This document shows positions 32,377 through 40,277 of a DNA stretch of 64,000 bases, piece by piece; positions within the stretch are counted from its first letter, which is position 1, and the number at the start of each line of letters is the position of its first letter. The notes under the pieces are model-generated. The model saw nothing but the letters and a program-made list of their open reading frames with translations, did not search any database and was not told the origin of the DNA. Source of the stretch: Bacilli bacterium (GTDB lineage Bacteria; Bacillota_I; Bacilli_A; RFN20; CAG-826); the NCBI GenBank assembly GCA_024408495.1, contig JAKSUY010000001.1:3040-67039 (forward strand). The letters are read 5' to 3'. Made by a program: the position numbers and the translations under genes.

Positions 32377-34391
32377 AAAGATTTCTCCTTTATATAAATG
32401 CCATCACTAATAACATTAAAGTTGTTAGTTCTAATGACTATTCCAATTATATTAAGAAATAACGGTATTAGCAAATCACAAATAAAAGTAAGTTTTTTAA
32501 AAGTATTAATTTTTAAATGGTTAGCCGCACCAATTTGTTCCAGATTTTTGTTAAAGAAATGAGAAGTGTAAATATTTAAAAATGGTATTATAAGAGAAAG
32601 GTATAGAAGTAGATATTCATGCGGTTTGATTTTAGCACCGAGTTTTTTAATCTTTTCTAAATCAATAAATAAATTAATAAGACCGAATAAGCCAGCGGTT
32701 AGGATAAACAACGAAACATTGATTAAAACGCTATCGTTAGCAACTAGTCTTTTTTCTTCATCGCCAGATGAGTCAGAATCGGTGATACGATAATTAATAA
32801 TCGCTAGTAATTCTTGTTCTTTTTTTCTTAGACGTAATAGCTTGTCGTTAATTTTGCGTTCATATTTGCTAATGAGAAATTTACTTTTAGAGTAGTTTAA
32901 ATCGCTTACTTCAATCTTAGTAGTGTATATTTTTAATTTTGCTATAAGTCGATTTCTTTTTCTCTTAACTCGCGCTAAATCTTTAATTGCTCCTGCTCTT
33001 AAATCAAGATAAATAGTTTTCGCCGTATAGCGCTTTGGCATTAAGAAGCAAAACGAAAAAGCAGCTATACACGCTATTGTTGCTACGATTGGCACTAAAG
33101 AAACGCCGCATTTCCATGTTTCGCCTCCAGATGTCGGTGCGGTCCAAAGTTTTAAATAGTCGTAAATTAAACTCGAAGCAATTGCGCCTGAAGTAGCTGT
33201 CATTAAAGCCTGCACACCAAAATACATTGCCGAATGATTCTTTTTAGTGATTTTTTCTTCAACCGAAGCAATGGTAGTAGGAATTAAATACGGCATCATA
33301 AAAAAGCCAGATGTTCCGATGCTACCAATAACCGCTCCTAAAGAGCCGATAATCATTTTAGGTACAATGTTATCGCCCCATATATATTGTCCAGCTAAGC
33401 AAAACGAAATCATTCCAACTGAAAAAGAAATGGCACATATTTGATACACGAATCGTTCGCCTTTGTATCGTCGAAGTTTATTAAACAAAAATAACATAAG
33501 CGGCACCGGTCCAAAGGCAAATGTATTTAGAATAGCAGCATAAGTAACACTAAGATTCATCACTCCGCTAATTAATGAATTTTGCGCAACCAGAAACATT
33601 TGCAAACCAAAGAAAGTACAACAATTAACTATCAGCCATTTTAAAAATGGGTTGCTTCTCATAGTTAAAGCAAATGATGTACCAAATGAAACGCTTTCAT
33701 TTTTGCTTATAACTTCTTTTTTGCCACGTAAAAATACTGGAATAAGTATTGTTAACATAATAGGTGATAAATATACGGCTACTTCATAGATTGGAATATT
33801 AATTGCTTTAAAAATTGCCGGGATGGCTGCATATACTAATGCATAAGAAATAGTATCAAAAGCTGATTTATAGGCCGCAACACGTGCGCGTTGCGTTTGG
33901 TTAGAACATACTTCGCTTAACGAACCGTAAAAAGTAATCAAAGCAAAAGTATAAGAAGCAAAAAAGATGATTGACCAAAAGAAGATCCAAATAGAATTAC
34001 CAATTAATTGGCCAGTAGACATACCTGCTTCTCGTCCGAAAACCGGTATCCAACACAAAACATAGGAAACTATCATCGGAACCACTGAAGCAAAAATTGC
34101 AATCCATCGTTTACCTTTTTTATTTTTTAAATTATCTGCTACTGCGGCTAATGGAACATCAATTACTCCATCAAAGATACGACCAATGGTCCAAAGAATA
34201 GGAAAAATGGCAGTATAAACAATAATTACTCCACCATAGCTCCAAAAGTTTATATCGGCTTGTAAACCAGTGGGAATGACCGCATCAGTGAAATACGCCA
34301 TCATTAAAACCATTAGTAAATTAGGACCTAATCCTGCGGCGGCAAAAAGGACCTCTTTCCAACGCTTATCGAGATTAACGTTAGTGAACAT
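32361..34391 (-). CDS. MFS_2/GPH-like transporter with a C-terminal extension of about 210 aa
   Basis: The core of about 460 aa has 12 TM helices with a GPH-like N-terminus (GLGPNLLMVLMMAYFTDAV). The extension has a K/R-rich coiled coil plus extra TM helices. Confidence 0.6.
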   Translation of the reverse strand: MFTNVNLDKRWKEVLFAAAGLGPNLLMVLMMAYFTDAVIPTGLQADINFWSYGGVIIVYTAIFPILWTIGRIFDGVIDVPLAAVADNLKNKKGKRWIAIFASVVPMIVSYVLCWIPVFGREAGMSTGQLIGNSIWIFFWSIIFFASYTFALITFYGSLSEVCSNQTQRARVAAYKSAFDTISYALVYAAIPAIFKAINIPIYEVAVYLSPIMLTILIPVFLRGKKEVISKNESVSFGTSFALTMRSNPFLKWLIVNCCTFFGLQMFLVAQNSLISGVMNLSVTYAAILNTFAFGPVPLMLFLFNKLRRYKGERFVYQICAISFSVGMISFCLAGQYIWGDNIVPKMIIGSLGAVIGSIGTSGFFMMPYLIPTTIASVEEKITKKNHSAMYFGVQALMTATSGAIASSLIYDYLKLWTAPTSGGETWKCGVSLVPIVATIACIAAFSFCFLMPKRYTAKTIYLDLRAGAIKDLARVKRKRNRLIAKLKIYTTKIEVSDLNYSKSKFLISKYERKINDKLLRLRKKEQELLAIINYRITDSDSSGDEEKRLVANDSVLINVSLFILTAGLFGLINLFIDLEKIKKLGAKIKPHEYLLLYLSLIIPFLNIYTSHFFNKNLEQIGAANHLKINTFKKLTFICDLLIPLFLNIIGIVIRTNNFNVISDGIYIKEKSLWQKK

Positions 34392-34641
34392 TAACTCTCT
34401 CCATAATATAGTTAACTACTTCGCGAATAGTTGAAAAAGATGACATTGTTAAATCTTTAATATCGATATTAAATTCGCTTTCTATAGCAAACGATACCAT
34501 AATTAAATCCATTGAACTGAAACCTAAATTTTCAATCGGTTTGCTTTCAAAAGTTATCTTTTCATAATCAAAAACTTTACTTCCGTTAAAGAGCTTTTTA
34601 ATAATATCAATTAATTTATTGAAAATTTCTTCTTCAGTCAT
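34381..34641 (-). CDS. acyl/peptidyl carrier protein
   Basis: 86 aa with a candidate phosphopantetheine site in LGFSSMDLIMV and a four-helix carrier-like pattern. Confidence 0.65.
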   Translation of the reverse strand: MTEEEIFNKLIDIIKKLFNGSKVFDYEKITFESKPIENLGFSSMDLIMVSFAIESEFNIDIKDLTMSSFSTIREVVNYIMERVNVH

Positions 34642-35947
34642 GTTTTTTTCTCATTTTCCTTATTGTATCGTAAATATCTCTCATATGATTATAAACATAA
34701 TCATTATATTCTTCTACTAAATGATTGCTGATAATCGTGTTTCCATTAAGAAAGCGTTCTGGATAAATAGGATCACCGATAGCAAAAATTGTTTTTTTGA
34801 ATACACTATATTTAGAATCCATTAAGAAAGGAATAATCGGGGTTTTTGTCATTAACGAAATCATAGCTAAACCACCCATCAAAGGTTTATTAAATTCTTC
34901 ATTATCAATAATATGACCTTGAGGGTAGATGCCAACAACACCACGAGCTTCTAGGATTTCTCTAATTTCTACAATAAAATTAATATCAAATTTATCCATG
35001 CTCACGCGGCGATATTTAATGACTCCTGAATTTTTCATTGCAAAACGCATAAATTTTTTATGCCACAATTCTTCTTGAGCGACTATCCTTAAACGGCGAG
35101 AAAAAAATGACAAGGATAGAGCGATTGGATCAAACAAACCGATATGGTTAGAGGAAATTAAAACGCTATCTTTCATTAAACGTTTAATCTCTTTCTTATT
35201 GCCTAGATAAATAAGTTTACTCCAAAAAAATAACCGCCACGGAGGAGAAATTAGTTTTGCTGAATCCATAACAAAAGCACGCCTGTTAAACAACTCTTGT
35301 GTTTTATGCTTCTCCATCATTTCTAATTTATGTTTCAAACGATTAACTTCGTTTCTAACATAGTTAATCATTTCTTTGATATCTTCTTCATTAATCGTTT
35401 CCTTCTTAAAAATTTGTCGTAAATAAATTTTCTCTCCCGCAATCAAATGAACTCGTGAAAATAATGAATATTTTCCATTAATATAATATGGAATAATCGG
35501 TTTGTTATTTTCCCAGGCTAACAAAATAGCGCTAGGTTTAAAATCCATGATTTCGCCTTTTTTATCTTCAAGCCTACCTTCAGGGAAAATAAGTACTGTT
35601 TTGTTTTTTGAAAGAAATTCTCTAGTTTTATTAATAGCAACATAATTAGATGAATCACGACTCTCGATTTTGATGTTTCCCATTATTTTATTCAGAGTAG
35701 TTAAAAACTTGATTTTATAAACAATGTCCGACACCATCGTATGAACTACATGAAATAAATATTTATACAAAAATACATAATAATCAAAGATATGCGTATG
35801 GTTAGAAATAATAATTGCACCTTCTTTTAGATTTTTAGCATCCTTTTTTGCTTTATAAGAAGCATAATAAAATTTAGGTTTAAGAATAATCCAAAAAGGA
35901 AGGAACCCAGTAATTTTAATAAATAATCTAGCGAGAAACTTAATCAT
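34634..35947 (-). CDS. tandem PlsC-type (LPLAT) acyltransferase
   Basis: Two HX4D motifs are present (NHTHIFD and NHIGLFD). The first is followed by FPEGR and the second by YPQGH. Confidence 0.7.
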   Translation of the reverse strand: MIKFLARLFIKITGFLPFWIILKPKFYYASYKAKKDAKNLKEGAIIISNHTHIFDYYVFLYKYLFHVVHTMVSDIVYKIKFLTTLNKIMGNIKIESRDSSNYVAINKTREFLSKNKTVLIFPEGRLEDKKGEIMDFKPSAILLAWENNKPIIPYYINGKYSLFSRVHLIAGEKIYLRQIFKKETINEEDIKEMINYVRNEVNRLKHKLEMMEKHKTQELFNRRAFVMDSAKLISPPWRLFFWSKLIYLGNKKEIKRLMKDSVLISSNHIGLFDPIALSLSFFSRRLRIVAQEELWHKKFMRFAMKNSGVIKYRRVSMDKFDINFIVEIREILEARGVVGIYPQGHIIDNEEFNKPLMGGLAMISLMTKTPIIPFLMDSKYSVFKKTIFAIGDPIYPERFLNGNTIISNHLVEEYNDYVYNHMRDIYDTIRKMRKKHD

Positions 35948-36351
35948 TTTTTAAATATCCTCGCAATTTTCTCACGGTATCCTTCAATTTGAGTTTTTGG
36001 TGAAATTTTATAACAGCACTTATTGACGAAATGCTCGCAATTATTGTTGACAAAATTATAGGCGCCTTCTCCTAAATGACTGAAAGCATTAGAGATAATC
36101 GTTTCAACTAAATTTCTGTTCTTTTTTTCTTTGCGAGAATAGATTGCTTTTTCTACTGGGCTATTGGAAGCGAAAAAATCTAAAGAGGTTTTCCTCACTT
36201 TTACATCACTAGGATTAGCAATCCCATCATTATTCTCAGCGGTATAATGAATAACTTCATTATTTCCTAAATATATACCATGATGATAATAGTAATTACG
36301 TGAGACGCGAATATGATCGCCCTTTTCTAAAACCCCGTACTCCCATTTCAT
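35944..36351 (-). CDS. LRAT/PLAAT (NlpC/P60-like) family protein
   Basis: An H-box is present (GDHIRV..YYHHGIYLGNNEVIHY), together with the hallmark NCEHF motif (NNNCEHFVNKC). There are ATGA overlaps at both ends. Confidence 0.7.
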   Translation of the reverse strand: MKWEYGVLEKGDHIRVSRNYYYHHGIYLGNNEVIHYTAENNDGIANPSDVKVRKTSLDFFASNSPVEKAIYSRKEKKNRNLVETIISNAFSHLGEGAYNFVNNNCEHFVNKCCYKISPKTQIEGYREKIARIFKK

Positions 36352-38291
36352 AATGATAATAATTCCTTTATTTTGATGGAGAAATCGCCTGGTGTTCTAC
36401 ATAGGGTTAAATTATTTTTTGCATGTAAATTAAAAGCATTTTCAATCGCTTCCACTAGATAAAAGTAATCGAGAGAATTTCCGTGCAAATCAGCGAAATA
36501 ATCAGTATGAGCATCAATCGGATGATTAGGGAATTTTTGTTTAAATATTTCGATGATTTTATCAACGATAAATTTATCAAATTCCTCGTTATTTAAAAAA
36601 TCACTAAAATCGTTTGGATTAAGTAATCTAAAATCGTTTGGATTTGATTGAAATAATTCTTCAATCTTTTTGCGCTTTATTTTAATTCCGTTTGCTTTAG
36701 GGAAGACTAATGATGTCGCAAAAACTTTTTTAATACTTCCACTTCTATACTCAATATTAGAAGTAAGGATAGATAAATCACGTGCAATTTGATAGTCATT
36801 TACATTAGCACTATAAGAAAGTAAAAGACACAAATCATTGTTTTGATTTTTAATTAAAACTGAATCTAAAGCGTAACGAAGATTTAAATTAGCTTCAATT
36901 AGCGAAATCGACTTATTCTCGCCATTAGCGCCAATGAATATTTCATCGACTCTACCTTTTAGGACATAGTGATTGTTGATTAAATCCGCTACATCAAAAG
37001 TACGTATTTTTTTAGATTTATCCCTTGTTATCCATTGATTATCAATAAGCGCTTTATTAAACATTGATTCGCTTTTTATATATAGTTCATTACTAGAACC
37101 ATCGCTTGCTGATTCTAATGAATAATCAAAAATTTTAAATGGTAATCCAATGTTTGGAGTTACTCTTTCAGTGATTTTTTTAGGATTAGCAAATGATGCG
37201 ATACCAATTTCAGTTGATCCATAACCATTCACCAATGGATAACCAATTCCGTTAATAATTTTTAACGTCTCTTCGGTAATTTGTGAGCCACCCACAATGC
37301 AAAATTGAATTGATACACCTAAGATGTCCTCTAAATATTTCCCGAATAGCATTTTACGAACAATTGTATTTCCGAACTTAGGAAATACTTTTTGTAGACC
37401 AAGTGAAAGCTTTATTCCTTTATTAAATTTCTGCTCTAAATGATTAGATTTTACGTTAAATTTAATCATTGATACGATGGTTTCAAAGAATAAGGGGACC
37501 GCAAAAATATGTGTGGGCCTACAAACAACACAAGCTTGTCGGATTCTTTCTGATGATAAATTCATTGGTAAGACAAACGTAACGTTAAAGAAAGAAAACC
37601 AGAGAAAAACCGCTACAAAACCAAAAATATGATAAAAAGGTAAAACTACTAAATGTTTTAAATATCCTTTATAATCTCGAGCTAAAATCGGATTCTTTTT
37701 AAATATGTCTTCGCAATTGAGTACTTGTGCGCATAGTTCCTTTCCAGTAAAAGCAACTATTTTATTAGGACCAGATGTTCCTGATGAGATGAAAACAATT
37801 TCATCCGCCCATTCGTGCTTATGATTTATTTCGATTTGAATTTCTTGGCACGGATTGATTTGATTAACACCAAGATTGCATTCTATGTCAGTTATTACAT
37901 ACGTTGAATTAACCTTTTTTAATATTTCTTGGTTTTCGTCATTATCGTTTCTTGTGCTTAATAAGACAGGTATATATCCATACATCAAAAGGCCATAAAA
38001 AGAATAAATCCATTCAGGTTTATTATCTAATAAGATCCCAACATAACGACTGTTGCTAGCAATAATCGATTGAAAATATGATCCAAATTTTTCGATTTGG
38101 CAAAAAGCATCATGATAACTAATATCTTCTACTCCAGCGTTATTAACCACTTGAAGAAAAGTATAGTTAGGATGAGAAAAAACGATTTGAAAAATGCTTT
38201 CGATTGTCGGTGTTGAGTTTTGTAATTTATTTAGATTCTCTTTTACTCGATTTTTAGCAATTCGATGAGAAATTTTCTCTTCTTTAATCAT
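36348..38291 (-). CDS. adenylate-forming (ANL) enzyme fused to a C-terminal carrier domain
   Basis: Motifs SSGTSGPNK, NGYGSTE and LKGRVDEIF. The C-terminal region of about 80 aa contains DLHGNSLDYFYLVEAIE, a carrier Ser motif. Confidence 0.7.
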   Translation of the reverse strand: MIKEEKISHRIAKNRVKENLNKLQNSTPTIESIFQIVFSHPNYTFLQVVNNAGVEDISYHDAFCQIEKFGSYFQSIIASNSRYVGILLDNKPEWIYSFYGLLMYGYIPVLLSTRNDNDENQEILKKVNSTYVITDIECNLGVNQINPCQEIQIEINHKHEWADEIVFISSGTSGPNKIVAFTGKELCAQVLNCEDIFKKNPILARDYKGYLKHLVVLPFYHIFGFVAVFLWFSFFNVTFVLPMNLSSERIRQACVVCRPTHIFAVPLFFETIVSMIKFNVKSNHLEQKFNKGIKLSLGLQKVFPKFGNTIVRKMLFGKYLEDILGVSIQFCIVGGSQITEETLKIINGIGYPLVNGYGSTEIGIASFANPKKITERVTPNIGLPFKIFDYSLESASDGSSNELYIKSESMFNKALIDNQWITRDKSKKIRTFDVADLINNHYVLKGRVDEIFIGANGENKSISLIEANLNLRYALDSVLIKNQNNDLCLLLSYSANVNDYQIARDLSILTSNIEYRSGSIKKVFATSLVFPKANGIKIKRKKIEELFQSNPNDFRLLNPNDFSDFLNNEEFDKFIVDKIIEIFKQKFPNHPIDAHTDYFADLHGNSLDYFYLVEAIENAFNLHAKNNLTLCRTPGDFSIKIKELLSL

Positions 38292-38302
38292 ATATAGCGT
38301 TC

Positions 38303-38965
38303 TTAGTTATTATCCCAATTAATTTTTTTTATGCCATTACTTATTAAATAATCGTTACATTTTTTGAAGTGATTGTTGCCAAACCAACCGCCACGATTAG
38401 CGCTTAATGGTGATGGATGAACACTTTTTAAAATTAAACGATTTGGATTATGAATATATTGCTCATATTGTTTAGCATTATTGCCCCACAACATGAATAC
38501 GATTGGCTGATTAAGTGTATCTATGTAATTTAAAATATCAGCAATAAATAATTTATATTCATTAATGTTGTGACTTAATGCTTGGTGGGCACGAACAGTT
38601 AGCACAGTGTTAAGTAAAAGGCACCCTTGTTTTGCTAAATAAGTTAAATCGCCATTATTCTTCATCTTAATTCCGTATTCGTTTTCAATTTCTTTGTAAA
38701 TGTTAATTAGGCTTGGCGGAAGTTCCACTCCGTTAGGAACTGAAAAACATAGCCCCATCGCTTGATTAGGTTCGTGATATGGATCTTGACCAATAATTAC
38801 GACTTTAATTTCATTAGGTTTAGTTTTATTAAAGGCATTATGAATTAAATTTCGTGGGGGGTAAACTGTATATTTAGCGTATTCAGAATCTAAAAAAATA
38901 TGCAATTTTTGTGCATAATCTTTGCCTTTTATACCATTAAATAAGTTTGCCCAGTCATTTAACAT
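38303..38965 (-). CDS. ung: uracil-DNA glycosylase
   Basis: Motifs GQDPYH, SLINIYKE and HPSPLSA. The start is placed at MLNDW (38965). Confidence 0.93.
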   Translation of the reverse strand: MLNDWANLFNGIKGKDYAQKLHIFLDSEYAKYTVYPPRNLIHNAFNKTKPNEIKVVIIGQDPYHEPNQAMGLCFSVPNGVELPPSLINIYKEIENEYGIKMKNNGDLTYLAKQGCLLLNTVLTVRAHQALSHNINEYKLFIADILNYIDTLNQPIVFMLWGNNAKQYEQYIHNPNRLILKSVHPSPLSANRGGWFGNNHFKKCNDYLISNGIKKINWDNN

Positions 38966-39047
38966 ACAATCTATTTTACAATAAAATAGTTTGCTTATAA
39001 GCAAAAAGTAATATATCTTATTGTATGTATCGTTTGGAGTTCAAACT

Positions 39048-39545
39048 ATGAAAAAAATTGTTACATTTGCTAATTTTATGGTCTTAATAGGAATTATGAC
39101 CATTCTCTTCTATTTAATCCCGGCTGTTTCGATTAAGGCCATTTCAAATCCAACAGAAGTAAATTTATTCGTTGCGACCTTTGGCGGTTCATTCACAGTC
39201 CATGAATTTGTGGATGTCACTCGCTCACTTAGTCCATGCGGTGGTTTAATTACTGCTTTCGTTTTAGGTGTTGTTGCGATTTTATTAACCTTAACCAAGG
39301 CGAAAAATAAATACGCTACATTACTTGCCTGCCCATTTTATATCGCTTCAGGCGTGTTAGTGGCATGCACCGCTTCCCTTGTTAAATCAGTAAACGCTAA
39401 TGCAGGTGTTGATAATATCTTTACCTATAATATCGCAGGCGGCGCAATTACCGTTGCAACCTTCTGGTGCATTTTAGGTTTCTTTGCCTTAATTGATTTT
39501 ATTAGTGTAGTTGCTAAGCCAAAACAACAATCGACCGCGTATTAA
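39048..39545 (+). CDS. small polytopic membrane protein, unknown function
   Basis: About 165 aa with 5 TM helices. The ATG at 39048 has a GGAG SD. Confidence 0.55.
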   Translation: MKKIVTFANFMVLIGIMTILFYLIPAVSIKAISNPTEVNLFVATFGGSFTVHEFVDVTRSLSPCGGLITAFVLGVVAILLTLTKAKNKYATLLACPFYIASGVLVACTASLVKSVNANAGVDNIFTYNIAGGAITVATFWCILGFFALIDFISVVAKPKQQSTAY

Positions 39546-39557
39546 TAAATAAGCAAA

Positions 39558-39598
39558 AAGAAAGAGGGGTGAATGAATTTCACTCCTCTTTTTATTTT
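39558..39598. terminator. bidirectional terminator
   Basis: AAAGAGGGGTGAA-TGAA-TTTCACTCCTCTTTTT lies between convergent genes. Confidence 0.65.
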
Positions 39599-39610
39599 GC
39601 TAATTAACGA

Positions 39611-40261
39611 TTAGAAGAAATCGCCGCGAGCTTGTTGACGCGTAGTTGTATCAATTGAGAATGGGATGCGGGTGGTATAGCCTTTCTTAGCCGCAACAAT
39701 CTTCTTGGTTGGCCAAGCCATAATAGCTGAGTTCCATTCATATACGCTATCGTTGTACGCTTCACGCGCAGCTGTAATCTCTTTTTGTAAATAAGAGTTT
39801 TGTTGCATCGCATCTTCAAGTTCTTGATGAGCCTTAAGATCTGGATAGCGTTCAATCGCAACGTTAATTTGTTTATTAACTTCTTCAATCGCTTGCGCTT
39901 CCGCATTCATATTTTTGCCGCTTCTTAATTCAGCAATCTTAGTGAATGTATCTTGATCAAACTTAAGGGATTTATCAAGAATCTTGGCGCAGTTCTTTAA
40001 GATTTGTACTCTTTGTTCTAAGTAGTTATCAATCTGGCTCGCATCGTGATTGATTTTTTGTTGAAGTGCTTGTAAATAGTTACCTGCCTTCATTTTCATA
40101 AGCAAGAAAATCACTCCGGGGATAATTGCTAATACCCAAAGGATTACTTGAAAAACTGTACTCCCAGTGCCCACTTTGGCTGGTATTTGTTTTTCAATGA
40201 CATGCACATCCCGACCAGCTTCGTTTACTGGTGCAGTCATCTCGTCTAATTCATTTGCCAT
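39611..40261 (-). CDS. lemA: LemA family protein
   Basis: An N-terminal TM helix and LemA-type helices (ERYPDLKA...REAYNDSVYEWNSAIMAWP). Confidence 0.8.
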   Translation of the reverse strand: MANELDEMTAPVNEAGRDVHVIEKQIPAKVGTGSTVFQVILWVLAIIPGVIFLLMKMKAGNYLQALQQKINHDASQIDNYLEQRVQILKNCAKILDKSLKFDQDTFTKIAELRSGKNMNAEAQAIEEVNKQINVAIERYPDLKAHQELEDAMQQNSYLQKEITAAREAYNDSVYEWNSAIMAWPTKKIVAAKKGYTTRIPFSIDTTTRQQARGDFF

Positions 40262-40277
40262 AAATAATTTCTCCTTT

